A DNA stretch of 64,000 nucleotides from Rhynchobatus australiae (taxonomy: Eukaryota), in the NCBI GenBank assembly GCA_034780895.1, contig JAUZTB010000127.1:69337758-69401757 (forward strand), read 5' to 3'. The notes beneath the pieces are model-generated. The model saw only the letters and a program-made list of their open reading frames with translations, did no database searches and was not told the DNA's origin. The stretch's first letter is position 1. The number at the start of each line of letters is the position of its first letter. Positions 27,781 through 41,441 of this stretch are shown piece after piece. Made by a program: the position numbers and the translations under genes.

Positions 27781-28334
27781 GTATAGGGAAAGGAATAGAA
27801 AGAGATGGTGTACTTATTGTCCCTGAACCAAAGTAGTCAGTTGCTTTTTGAGATTAACAATCCTGGGATTTGTTTTTGGTCCCAGAAGTTTAGACACCTT
27901 TGCACATTATTTATAAGGTCCCATTTAGGAGTGATGAAAAGATTTGCCCTGTCACTCATCTAACAATACAAGACTGCCACCAGAATTTCTCGGCTACTCC
28001 AATATTCAATGAGATCTACAACATAGGCTCAAGTAAACAACCTTTTGCTCATTGTACACAGGTTTTAAGGTAAGCAATTCACCAAACCTTGAGAAAATAC
28101 TGAAGCTCAAATGCTGAAGCTATACATTGTTAATATGCCACTAAAATGGGTGACCCAAATAGAGCAGGTATTGCCTGTTATATAAAAAAAAGTAGTTCTC
28201 TGTGTGCAAAATATTTACCTCCACTGAATGTCTAATGTGACATCCCAACATAAGTGCTTCATGCAAGGTTCAAAGTAAACTCTGATGTCAGGACAATTTT
28301 CTACACACAAAGGTGACTGATATGAGGAATGGAT

Positions 28335-29200
28335 ATTTTCTTCTTGTGTTGTCCCTTGGAATTGAGCATAACCTGCTACCACTCTGTTTCTGTGGGCTGA
28401 GGTGACTGATGAGACCACAGCTGAAACTGCGAGGTCTACTACAGATGGTTGCAGGAGGTGTCTGGCCCAGCAGCTAAGTGGGTTGTTTGTGCGGTGGTGT
28501 GAATGTGACATCATTTACACTGGACTTCTGTGTGCTCCCAGTGTATGGACTTGAGGTTCTCAGTGCCATCCCGAATGCTCCTTCCACCATTCTAGTAGCA
28601 TGGGCCAGAGATTCCCAGGGGTCAACGGAGATGTTGCATTTTTTCAAGAAGGTACAGAGAACATTTTTGTATCCTTTCCTCTGTCTGCTAGTTAATTTCT
28701 TCCCAAGACAGAGCTTGGAATAAAGTGTCAAGAGATTGGTGTTGAATATGCAAACGATATGGCCTGCCCAATGTGATTAAATGAATGCAATTAACTGGGG
28801 CATCAAAGCTGAAGATATTGGCATGGGAAAGGTTGCTTATCCTCCCAGTAGATTTAGAGGATTTTGCAAAGGCAGCATTGGCAATATCCCTCCGGTGCCT
28901 TAAGGTGGCTGCAGTAGGCAGTCCGAGCCTCAGAAGTACATTGAAGGCCAGGGCTCCGTGCTGCCTGATAGATCGTGAGTTTTGTGTTAGGTTTGATTAG
29001 CATAATAAATATGCTTTTCCTCATTTGGCCCGAGGATATTCAGGTGCACTAAAGACAAAAATGAATTTATCATCAATGACTGACTTGGCTGAGTGGTGTC
29101 TCCTTGATTACAGAAAGTGGTCCACATCTCCTGAGTCTCACCTTGAATCATATTGTCAGAGGACAATGTTGTTCAGTATGGATGGGTTGGTGAAAGACCT
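28335..29200 (-). mobile_element. RTE-clade (BovB-like) LINE 3' fragment
   Basis: LYSKLCLGKKLTSRQRKGYKNVLCTFLKKCNISVDPWESLAH matches the RTE ORF C-terminus; ends in a gaagaa-type tail. Confidence 0.8.
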
Positions 29201-30179
29201 TTATTTTGTGGATGTTGTGTGTCAAGATACAACCAAATATAATGTGGCTTATTTTTAAGGTGAAGAGAAGTAATTGTTCTAAATAACCACATGAAGTGAT
29301 TAATTAGAGGCCATTTTATCTTGGGTAAATCCTGAAATTATTGTGGGTTAATTGAGCTTGAACAGAAACATCAAGATGCTGACTATGTATTTAATACAAG
29401 AGAAAATTAGTATAATTCATCAGCATGGCTGCATGCAGAATAAGATGGGTCAGGCTGCAGCCTTCCTGTGCCAGCTACGTTTAAAGAACTCTTGGCACCT
29501 TAATTGGTTAGAATAGAATGACCCCATTCAACATGCAGCCTTTAGAAATGTTGTTAAAATAGCTCTACACAGAAGGTGGCTCTGCTTGAGCCAGGGCTAC
29601 TCATTAATAAAGCTGTAACAGCACAGACAGTGTGAGACTTCATGTCATTGCACCTTCACCTTTGATCCAAATGTAGGGGTTATGAGGAAGTAATTGTTTA
29701 GCACGTGAAGGTGCAAATGAGTGATGTTATTTTAATAAATGGACAACANNNNNNNNNNNNNNNNNNNNNNNNNNNNNNNNNNNNNNNNNNNNNNNNNNNN
29801 NNNNNNNNNNNNNNNNNNNNNNNNNNNNNNNNNNNNNNNNNNNNNGCATGTCCATTTTCTTTCATGTTACCACATTACAGTACTGCTCTTGTGAGCCATT
29901 GAATGGATTTACTATCAAATGGCAAGTACTGTGCCAGCACAACATTTCTTAACAGTTGCGTTTTCACATGATCACAAAAATGGAATGGTTGTCTGAGGCA
30001 CTTTGTGAGAACTTGTTTGCTCTCACAATGCTCTTTCATTTGCGATTTATAGAGCAAGTTGTACATAACAAAGACAAAGAGGCAGTGGACAAATCTGTTC
30101 TTAAATATTTTTTTAAATTAAGTGGATAAGAAATTACTTATATCCCCAAACAACAAAGAGAAACAGATAATTATCACTT

Positions 30180-30385
30180 AAGGATATCCTGAAGTGCTTC
30201 ATAACAAATGAAGTACATTTTGAAAGGTATCAACTGCAGTAGTAGCGGAAACTTGCTGTCAATTTGTGGGTAGCAAGCTCCCATTAACAGCAATGCAATA
30301 GTTCTTAGAGAACCTTTTTAGTAGTTTTGACTGAGATAAATATTGCTCAGGCTACCACCAATAACATAGCTGCTCTTTTTTGAGG
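30180..30385 (-). mobile_element. Deu-domain SINE fragment
   Basis: aatgaagtacattttgaa...agcaagctcccattaacagcaatg...gataaatattgctcagg. Confidence 0.6.
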
Positions 30386-31879
30386 AGTCCTAAACCTGGA
30401 CCTAACTTTCTTTTCCAAAATGCTCTGACTGAAAACAAAGCCTTGACTTCATGCGTTCAATTTCCTCCAGATTAATACAAGAATTGCAAATTTATTTTTT
30501 AAAGGCAACTCAGAGCCACTCTTGGCATTTGAATTTTCTATAATTCTGTTCTTTGAGCTAAAAATACTTTATCTTTAAAAGACCGAGGCATTTTACATAT
30601 AACAAAATTGTCTGGATTTCAAGAAGTCAAAATAAATGGGTGAACAGCATCCATTAATACAATAGGTAGAGGGATGTCAAATGCACATTTTAAATGTTTG
30701 TAAGTTGTTAGAGGCAACAGTAATTCCTAACCAATGGTGCCCTTTTGAACCTGTCAGAAAATTTATTTTCTTCTTGAGGGGAAAGAAATCATTTCAGACT
30801 GTGGTCATTAAAAAATAACATTCACAATGATACGGTTTCTAGGATCAAAGAAAGCATGACCAATGTTGTTATGGTTCCTCTGATCTTCTCCAGAACCTAC
30901 AAATATAGATCTATGCCTATAGCAATGTAGTGTTAATAACTTGGACCAAACTGAAGGGAACAAGCTTCCTCAGCAGTTCTTTTTTAATACAGATGCTCAG
31001 CTCATTGGGCCTATTCATGGCTCCTTATCACTAGTAGGGGGGAAGATTGCATATTGCAGGAATCTTTGAACATTATTTGTGCACTTACTGCTAGCACTTA
31101 AGATCTCATTATGGCATGCTGTGTATCAGGTACCATGTCAGATACAGGCCTGCAAAATGCATCAGCACTTTAAGCACCTGTCATTGTATCATTGTCTGTA
31201 TTTGCAGACTGGCAGCAGCAAGAACAAATGAGGTTTCATTTTTTATTGCTCTTCACCTGTAATGTTGTAACTAAGCCACCAGTACGTAAAGTCAAAGAGC
31301 TTCAAAGTTTTGATTTGCTGAGGTTTTTTTTGGCTTGCTTCTCTCATTTTTCTTCCCCTTTGTGAGTGGATTATTTTGTTTTTCTCTCTCCAATACTGTT
31401 TAACCTTTGACATGAATTAGCAAGTTGAAAGGAAGGCTGCTACAGAGTGGCAACTGGATTCAGGTGTTCAAGACATACTCTGCCCAGCTGCAGTCAGAGG
31501 TGACCAGACCCATTTTGTCCAGGAGGTACTGCAGGTAGAGAATCCACCTTTCGAGATGCATAGTGACAACAGACACAAATAAAGAGTCAAGGTCTCACTA
31601 TGCATTACATTGGATGGCTCTGCAGAAGAGCAACAATCACAGCTAGATGACCAAAGAAGAACAACTATTTTGCCAAAAATGNNNNNNNNNNNNNNNNNNN
31701 NNNNNNNNNNNNNNNNNNNNNNNNNNNNNNNNNNNNNNNNNNNNNNNNNNNNNNNNNNNNNNNNNNNNNNNNNNNNNNNNNTAGATTAACAAAGAAGAAC
31801 AAATATTTTGCCAAAATTGGTACCAGTCATATCAAGTTAATCACAAATCTTTGATGGCAGGGCAAGGTTTTGACACTAA

Positions 31880-32450
31880 ACAAAAAAAGGAAGTCATGCT
31901 AAAATTTTACACATCTCTGGTGAAGTCTCAGTTGGAGCATTAGTGTACAAAACTGTGCACCATAGTTTAAGAAGGATGTCCAGCCTTGAAGAAGACATAG
32001 AGCAGGTTTACTAGGATGATACCAGGTATATGGGCTCCAGTTATGTGAAGACTACAAAAGCTGGAATTACTAAGCTTAGAGAAGGGTTAAAGGGAGATCA
32101 AATATGGGCAAAGTTATTCAAAATTACATTAGGTTTTGATCGATGGAGTAAGTAGGGAAAGACAATGTCCTCTGAAAGTTGAAGCTGAGTCAGTAATCAG
32201 AAATCACAGATTAAAGGTAATTGATGAAAGATTTGGATTGGAAATTGAGGCCAAATTTACTTTACATAGAGGATTGCTAAGATCTGGAATGCACTACCTG
32301 AAAGAATGTTGGGAGTAGTCTATATCAGAGAAACTATTGGGTTTGTACTTGAAGAGGACTAATTTGAGCAGTAATGTGGAAAAGGTTAACATGTGGGCTT
32401 TCAAAGAGCTAGGAGAGGCACAATAGACCATCTTTCTGGCCTACATGACT
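31880..32450 (+). mobile_element. CR1 LINE 3' region
   Basis: gaagtcatgctaaaattttac...cagttggagcat...gtttactaggatgataccagg...tggaatgcactacctgaaag. Confidence 0.75.
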
Positions 32451-33309
32451 CCTATCTCGGCAATGGGTCTGTGGAACTGGGTTTGGGTCAGAACTATGCT
32501 GGCTGTTGCAGGTTAGTTTACCTTTTCTTACCACATATTAAGCCTCTGCTCCATTGTGCCACTTACCTTCAAATTCTCACCTTCAATGTTACCTTTAATC
32601 CTTTTAAAGTTCACAGAGGCAAAGCTAGTAGTGATACCACTAGCTAATTGGAAGTTTAAATCGTGCCATTTCCATTGTGGAAAAGAAAACTGAACACAAT
32701 GTAAAACAGGCTGTTGATTTGCAATTATGTTTTCCCACTGGTATTGACCAATTTTATTTTCAAGTGTTAGCATCACAGCGAAGTTTCCCATTTTAGCAGG
32801 ATGTAGGTAACACATGGTTACTAATGATAATCTTTTCTTAGATGTTTCCTGCATCTACCTTATGTCATGCAAACTACTATATTGTATCTGCAATAGCTTT
32901 CTACTAATTTATATAATTCCCCATGGGTAGACATGATCTGTATACTAAGTTTACATGCCTGGCATTGAATTCATGTACCAGGATGGTTCTAACAATAAAT
33001 AGATGGTCTTTCATATATAAAGAAAACAAGTGGGCAAGTGTAGTAGTCCTCAACTGTTGATGATAACATCCTCAATGAGCATCAAATACAGTCTTCATGG
33101 TTTTGACTCGAAGAACATTTCAGATTGACATGGCTCTCTGGTTATTTCCATGGCTTCTCTCAGAATTAATGTTGGTAACAATGCTGCTCAAGAAACAGTT
33201 AAAAGAAATCCAAAAAATTCCCAATTAGTCACTGCAAGCCTCAAAACACTAGAAAGTGGTTAAAGGCAGCTAACTGTCTAAATGGGTCTAAGATTGACAG
33301 TCTCACACT

Positions 33310-33730
33310 TATGTAGACCGTTTGTTCAAAACAGAACTCATGTGCACTGGATTAATTTAATTACCTTGAGCAGAAAAGGTCCAGGAGACATGCAAATTGA
33401 TGTGCACAGAATTCAGGAATATTTTAACAAAGTTGATAGGCAGGAGGAGTCATAACTAGAGGACTCAAATTTTGAGATAATTGCCAAAAAATTCCTAGCA
33501 GACGATAAGGTTTTTTTTTGAAACATGAAATTAGTTTTTAATTACTTGGAAGGGTAGTGAAAATGGATCCATTAATACTGTCCAAAAGGAAATTGGATAT
33601 ATATGAGTAAAGGAAAATATTGCAGAACTAGGGGCCAAGGGCAGTGTGTTGGACTAATTGAATAGTCTTTCAGAGATCTGGCACAGACACAATCAGCTGA
33701 ATAGCCTTATTTTTTAAAGTACAGTTCTAT
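33310..33730 (+). mobile_element. Decayed CR1 3' region
   Basis: gtcataactagaggactcaaattt...aaaagggaaattggatatat...gctgaatagcctt. Confidence 0.6.
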
Positions 33731-34244
33731 AGATAAGTAGACAGTTTATTTTGAATGTAGGATTTCATTTACATCAATGAGTTTTTAATGATGTTGGTCA
33801 ATGCAGGAATGTTGATTGGGATAAGAGCAAACACCCATCAAGTAGGATCAAGAGGTTTTTAACTTCCATCTAATCTACTGAAACAGGATGACAGGGTATG
33901 AATTTGACATGTTATCTGACAGACATCACCATTAACAATGCAGAGCTCCACATGATTCCATGCATTTTTAACGAATCAAGGAAAGAGATAGCAGAGACAT
34001 TATCACACATTTCTAATAATAAGAAAAAGCTGTTGCACAAGCAGATTGGCAGATAAGTCCTGTTATGGCTGAACTTGAGGAGGTTAGATATGTCCAGGAA
34101 ACTGTAGCCCAATCTGCATAATATTTTGTATTGGGAAATAAAATGAAATCATGACAAATGAAGAAATGAGGAGTAAAATCTGGACACCATAAAGAAATTA
34201 AATCTATATGGATTTGTGTCTAATCTCATTGCACCTTTGGAAGG

Positions 34245-34462
34245 AGTACATAGAACAGTACAGTGCAATGCAGGCCCTTCAGCCCACAATGTCATGCTGA
34301 CCTTTAAACCTTGCCTAAGACTTCCTCCCACATATCCCTCTATTTTAAATTCCTCCATATCCTTATCTAGTAATCTCTTGAATTTGACCAATGTATCTGC
34401 CTCCACCACCACCCCAGACAGTGCATTCCATGCCCCAACCACTCTCTGGGTCAAAAAACCTT
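34245..34462 (-). mobile_element. Relatively young CR1 3' end running into a gap
   Basis: ORF TQRVVGAWNALSGVVVEADTLVKFKRLLDKDMEEFKIEGY is the CR1 ORF2 C-terminus; catagaacagtacag tail. Confidence 0.85.
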
Positions 34463-35407
34463 NNNNNNNNNNNNNNNNNNNNNNNNNNNNNNNNNNNNNN
34501 NNNNNNNNNNNNNNNNNNNNNNNNNNNNNNNNNNNNNNNNNNNNNNNNNNNNNNNNNNNNNNNNNNNNNNNNNNNNNNNNNNNNNNNNNNNNNNNNNNNN
34601 NNNNNNNNNNNNNNNNNNNNNNNNNNNNNNNNNNNNNNNNNNNNNNNNNNNNNNNNNNNNNNNNNNNNNNNNNNNNNNNNNNNNNNNNNNNNNNNNNNNN
34701 NNNNNNNNNNNNNNNNNNNNNNNNNNNNNNNNNNNNNNNNNNNNNNNNNNNNNNNNNNNNNNNNNNNNNNNNNNNNNNNNNNNNNNNNNNNNNNNNNNNN
34801 NNNNNNNNNNNNNNNNNNNNNNNNNNNNNNNNNNNNNNNNNNNNNNNNNNNNNNNNNNNNNNNNNNNNNNNNNNNNNNNNNNNNNNNNNNNNNNNNNNNN
34901 NNNNNNNNNNNNNNNNNNNNNNNNNNNNNNNNNNNNNNNNNNNNNNNNNNNNNNNNNNNNNNNNNNNNNNNNNNNNNNNNNNNNNNNNNNNNNNNNNNNN
35001 NNNNNNNNNNNNNNNNNNNNNNNNNNNNNNNNNNNNNNNNNNNNNNNNNNNNNNNNNNNNNNNNNNNNNNNNNNNNNNNNNNNNNNNNNNNNNNNNNNNN
35101 NNNNNNNNNNNNNNNNNNNNNNNNNNNNNNNNNNNNNNNNNNNNNNNNNNNNNNNNNNNNNNNNNNNNNNNNNNNNNNNNNNNNNNNNNNNNNNNNNNNN
35201 NNNNNNNNNNNNNNNNNNNNNNNNNNNNNNNNNNNNNNNNNNNNNNNNNNNNNNNNNNNNNNNNNNNNNNNNNNNNNNNNNNNNNNNNNNNNNNNNNNNN
35301 NNNNNNNNNNNNNNNNNNNNNNNNNNNNNNNNNNNNNNNNNNNNNNNNNNNNNNNNNNNNNNNNNNNNNNNNNNNNNNNNNNNNNNNNNNNNNNNNNNNN
35401 NNNNNNN
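34463..35407. other. Assembly gap (N run)
   Basis: 945 N, abutting a young CR1. Confidence 1.
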
Positions 35408-37019
35408 AAATATGCTGAGATCTGTTTTAAGTTTATCTGCAATTGTACAAGTTTGACCTTCTTTGCCCGCCAATATTTTACTCATTTACAGAGGGAGGTG
35501 AGTTTATGCCTGTCAGGGCCAAAGGAAGACAACTTTTTCAGGAAATCTGTGTGACCTAGATTGGATAGCTCAGGAAACAGAAGGTTCGTTTCTGTACAGC
35601 GAAAGCATCCATCGGAAGTCAACCCAAACTAAACAGTTCCTCTTGATATATCAGGAAATTCGAATAGGAATTCATACGTGTGTAAATTTGCATTTACGTA
35701 GAGCATTGACAAATTTCCAGTTAATTTTAAACTATACAGTCGGCATTTCCTCATGGAGTTGAGGGGTTAGAGTGGATTGTAAGTTTGCCACAATAAAAAT
35801 TGAGAAAAGAAAATAAAATGTTGGTTTTACTCTATTTTATGCCCAAGCAGTTATATCTTCTCACAAACCAGATAGTTTACTGTCAGTAGATGGGGTGGGG
35901 CAGTAGTGACTGGTGATTGGCGAGCTAATCAATGGTAAGAGTTCTGATTTCAACTGAATTCAAGCCCCTGCTCCTACAGGAGACTGTGACACAAATATAG
36001 CCCTTTAGTCTCCTCAGCCCCTGAAGCCAAGTCATCCATAGTTGCCACCTTTGTTGTTCGGCAACCTCCCAGGGCTGGCTTCTAAAGAAACATCTGTTGT
36101 TTCCGAATAATAGAACATTCTAAAATCATACAGGTGCAATATTGTGGATGTTTGAGATCCTATTCTTTCAATCAATGGACATCAGGGCTGATTGTTGGTA
36201 TGAGGTGCAGTTTCTGGAGATTGGGTTCCAGCCTAGGGACAGCTGGATGAGAGCAGAGTGCGTGAGAAATCATGGCTGGAGTTTTATTGTTTGTTGTGTT
36301 GTTGACTAAAACTCATCAAAAGCTAAGTTCTGAGACATAAAAGTAAATGAGAAGCATCAGTTCACTTAGAACTCACAGGAAGCCAGCTGCATTGGTGTGT
36401 TAAAGCCAGGTTCACTTCTCATTCATTTGGTTTCTGCTAGCTGGGCAGGGTTAAAATCCTTTATGGTCTTATGACTGAGTTATATTATAAATTACAAGAC
36501 ATCCCACTCAAAGGCGAGGCTGTCTGTTTCAAACCAGATGGGTGGCAATCCTGCTCCATCATGGGATTACTCACCTTAGTGGATTTCTCAGCTTTGCCTT
36601 ATGTTGAAGGGAGGTGGTGAAGAGTACAATTGGAGCAATAAGACTGATCAGATGCTTCCCACAGGTAAAGTGGGAGAATATTATAGTTTAGTACATTGGT
36701 CAGCTGTCAGTTGGAAGAGAAGGAGAGGGATCAATATAGCTGTGCATGCTATCACTCTGAATACGGGGGGGGGGAGCAGAGGGAGGAAGGGAAATTAAAT
36801 GTTTGAATATACCATATTGGTGACTATTCAGAGAGGGAGGATTTAGTGCTAGTAATACAGAATTAATATCAAACTACTTTAGGAGTTCCTGTGTCCCTGG
36901 CTTAGATGTACTAGCATGGGATCTATAGCCATATACCTGGCAAGACCAGATATGACATACTAACCAGCAACAAAGTGTTGACCACAAGGATCTCCAAAGT
37001 GTTAAAGACCAAGCCCTTA

Positions 37020-37140
37020 TGACTTGGTGAATGAGGAGGATAAGGGTCAAACAAGGGCAAATGGGACAAGCATAGGTGGACACCTTGGTCAGCATGGACC
37101 TGTTGGGCAGAAGGGCCTGTATCTGCATTCTATGATGCCA
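37020..37140 (+). mobile_element. CR1/SINE 3' tail
   Basis: ggcaaatgggacaagc...ttggtcagcatggacctgttgggcagaagggcctgtatc. Confidence 0.7.
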
Positions 37141-39359
37141 CGATCTATTGATTTAAGTATGGGAGAGTTTGTCCTATTTCCCTCCCCACTTATTTTTCTG
37201 AGAGGATGTGATTATCTCGTCAGTGGTATCTCTTAATGACTGACAAAAGGTAGACTTCTTTGCAGCCAGTGTTAGCCAGAAAACTTGGCCAGAGAGAGTT
37301 ACAGAGGGAGGTGGAAAGCTGCAATGTGATAGCTGGAGTTCTAAATTCCAGGCAGATGAGCTGTTTGTGCATGACTATAGGAAAGTAGTTGACGGTAATC
37401 CATTTCTTCCCCTTCTCCTTGTTTTGGCTTTTGTTCCTTGCACTTTCCCTACTATGAATGCCTGGATATGACCTTTGTCCTAGACTTCGGTAAACAATAC
37501 TATTTACTTTTAGAACAGATGTCAGGAAATTCTTCCTCACACAGAATGTTTTAAGGTACACAGCCTTGAATCATTTAAGGAACAAATGGATGTCTCAATG
37601 TGGGGACTGGGCACTGGGATCTTGTTGAATGGTAAATCATATGTGCTGATTGAGGTCCCTCATGCCTGTTACCTAGTAATCTTTTGGAGTATTTTATATC
37701 TTGGGTGCTGACTATTGCTTAGATTATGACAATGACTGTAAACCATTACTAAAACATTAATAGAAACCATGATAGGAACTGTGATATTTGTTGGGAACTT
37801 CCAGTTCTTTAGCTCCATTGTGACTGAGGGACTACAATCCTGCCAGACAGATGTGAAATATTGTCTGTCTTTCCTGCTGCTTATTTTTAGGCTTGTGCTC
37901 TTCTCCGAACCAACCCTTTTTAGCTTACTTTTCTTTTAGCATACCAGGAAACAAATTAGTTTGAGATTTTTAAATTGCTGACGCAGATGAAGGAAACAGC
38001 AGAATCCAGCATCCAAGTTGTGCTAAACCATTTTTTGTCAAACCTTTATAGGCTTTGATGCCAGTGGATTACTCAACCAGATATTTTCCGATAATGACCT
38101 GTTATCAACTCTCTATCTCTGCTGGGCTTTTCTCAGACTCCTGACATTTGCAATCAATCAATGATATTAATTCAATGCAATATGCATAACATATACAATC
38201 AAAATTCAGTCTCTGGGCTGTAAAGTAGTCAAAGATGATGTCAGGGAATATATAAAACTGAATGAATGTTATAAAAATAATTCAGGTTTATGGTAAAGTA
38301 TTATATGGAATTTCTGTTAGAGTAAGAAGCACCCACATTGAATTTAACCTCCATTGTTAGTACACTGTTTAACAATTATTTGTATGCTGTTCCAATGCAA
38401 TCAATGGAAGTAAAAAGGGCATAAAAATGTGTGAATCAATCACTGGTTCACTACCAGAGGACAATGGACTCCTAATTCTCCTATATTAATGCCCTTCTCT
38501 ATATTGCAACAACTCTTGCCTTTTAAAGTAGATTTAAACTTCCTTCGGCATCAGCCAATGTCACTCAGGATCAATGCACCCTAGTTTTCAGACAATTCCT
38601 GTTAAACTAAGCCTGTGCACATCAGCTCCCTTCTTCAAATGCACCATTGAAGCATAGAGTACTACCCTCATGGGTAACAGGGGCCACTCAGCCTTTCGAT
38701 CATCCAGCAAGCTGGTCTATCAGCACAGAGCCATTTCAAACCCAACCTCCTCATGCTGGATGTAGTCTAACCATGCTTCATGAAAAGCCAGTTCCACAAC
38801 ATGAGAAAGGGAGAATCAAAGAAACTTAGAATGTGGGAGCTGGAAAGGCAAGTTCCTCAAACAAAATCATGAAAAAAATTCAAAAGCTCTAATTGGTCTC
38901 TAAAGCACAATTTAAATTTCAAGTCAACCACTGGCTCAGAACCTCAGAGCCGATGTTAGCAAAAGCTACTACAACATTTTTCTGTCCCCAGGGTAGGGTG
39001 ACATTTGCATGTGGCTCCCACTACCTATGGAAAGTATACACATGAGCCTCATCTTTTCTCACCCATTACCTCTATAAATGACAACATTTCTCTCCCAGTA
39101 ATATAAACTGAGATTTTAAAATAATCTATAATGCCAGAAAATTTATCTTGCATGCTAAATGTAGACTTTTTTTAATATATGAAGAACAGGATTGCACCAT
39201 CTACTCTTATATCTGGTTCCTTCCCATCATCCACGGACCCATGCAGTGTTTGTAAGTGCTTCTAAGTGAAGCAGCAATTCCCCCTGTATTTTTCCAGTTG
39301 TGCATTGTTTCTAGTGTATTGAATTTAGTGTCCACAATGTTATCTCCACGACATTGGAG

Positions 39360-39939
39360 AAAACAAAATTAAAAGCACAAAAGTTGTAAACACTCAGCAG
39401 GTCAGACAGATCTGTGGAAAGAGAAATAGAATTAACATTTCAGGTCAAAGAGCTTGGGTGACCATATTTGCAGAACACTTCTATTTAGTCTTCAAGGGTA
39501 ACCCTGAGCCTTCAGTTGCCTGTCACTTTAATTTGCCACCTACTTCCACTCTGATCTATCTGTCTGTGGCATACACCATTCCAACAAAGCTCAATTAAGT
39601 TTCTGTCTAGGTACATTGAAGCCTTTGGGACTTGAATTTGAATTCAACCACTTCAAATAACTTGCTTTTTGTATTTGTATAAGAATTGGCTAGTTGTGCC
39701 ACAAGATTATCCATGTGTAATATTAACTCAGTTTATCTCTTTCCACAGACGAGACCTGATTTGCTGGGTATTTCCAGCATTCTCTTTTGCTCCACAGGTT
39801 TCCATGTCTCTTTGTTTTCTCGCCCTCTCTAACTCCCTTCATTAGTTTCTCAGTTGTGATGAAATTCTTCAACCTGAAACATTAAATCTGTTTTTTTCTC
39901 ACAGATGCTGCCTGACCTGCTGAGCTTTTCCAACATTTT
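39360..39939 (+). mobile_element. Penelope-like element remnant: GIY-YIG endonuclease C-terminus with inverted and tandem terminal repeats
   Basis: 39452-39660 is a frameshifted relic of LGD.FAEH...PVACHFN...LGTL.P.GLN.EFN.F*. ctcagcaggtcag...atttcaggtc (39390-39447) is inverted relative to aacctgaaac...gacctgctgag (39870-39925); a second tail copy lies near 39720-39785. Confidence 0.8.
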
Positions 39940-41441
39940 NNNNNNNNNNNNNNNNCAGCAGGCTTGCAAGAGAAAGCAGCCACCTTATATTCGATAAGTC
40001 CTAGAACATCTGGAACAGAGATATGTAGATTTTTATATTTGTAGAAAATTCTGCACAAATCTAAGAGTGATGTGTATTGTCAATATTTTTCAAAAGGTGA
40101 TTTTAGTGCTGTCTGCAAATTGGCGAGGAAATTTGTCCTCTTTTATAGGTGCTGGATGCATGATGTAGTAACAAACGTACATTGAACTCTACAAATTCAA
40201 TTCCATTGACTTGGTTCTTTAGTTTTTGTCCAGGTAATGTCATGTCTGTTGTTAAACCATGTAATTTAGATAAAACGTTGACCTCTAATGTGGCTGTCAA
40301 CTCAGAGTACTACATCAACCCTGGCACAGAGCTACATGGCAAATAACCTCAGTTTAGTCAGAGTTCTTTGTGATAAAAAATAGCAGCTATCTTTCTTTTT
40401 TACAAGATGAGATGATCAGCTTTTATCGTTTGATCATCATCAGTGTAACTGTTCCCATTAGTTACACTAAACACAGGGGCATGGGAACAGGAACATGTCA
40501 CTTGATCAACCAAGACATGTACAATGCTTTGTTGAACCAAGCACAGTGGTTTGATCAATTTACTTGGAAGCAATCATATTAGAGGTGGGGGTGAAAGGAA
40601 TAAGAAGAGGATGCACAGGGCAGACTGAAAGGGAAATCACCGTTGTGTCCCTTGTGGCACCTGCGTTCACAGAGATACTGATGGAGTGCCATGTCCCTTT
40701 GTCTCCTCGGCCTATAGATGGGAAAGGGAGTAGATTAAAAGATTTAGGTTTAACCTACACAAAAATCCAGCTGATTGAAATGACATTGCCATTAATGTTT
40801 AGCAATGCCTCGTGCGTAATTTATTGTAAGCACATATTCTTTGTGTCAGCGAATGCAGTTTTCTGCATTTCTGATGTGCTGGTGGATTCTGTGAATGCAG
40901 TAACTGTACTGACAGCTGTCTCCAGTAATAAATTCAATAGGCCTTTTATGAAAGGGAGACAGTAATCTTGCTAAGGAATATGGCAAGAGACGGTTATATA
41001 ACTGTGCTTTGGCCAGACTATCATAGGCTCTGCCTTTGTTCCCTCTTATTTTCTTTTTTTTCTTTTTTTTTTGAAAGTGCCCATTCATTATAACACCTTT
41101 TTATCATTTCATCATCACATGTGATCTAAGTCATTAATTGGAGCTGATTTATTTATGTTTCCCTTTTTCCTAGCTTGAGGGGAATTGAAGCAAATTATGT
41201 CAGAACAGATATCTCAGTGCAGGAATTGATTGGCCTGGTGCCAGTCCTATTTGAATGGATAATTCCAGAATGCCAATTTTGGCAATGAGCCATTTGGGGA
41301 AGTTTTGTAAAATACCTTTTCCCCCCAACACCTTTTGTTTTATTCTCTTGATAATGCAAATAACAAACCTACTTTCTGTATATGTTAAGGAAAGAGGTTC
41401 AGAATATCTCTGGGTCAGTTTACCACAATGGTATAACATTT

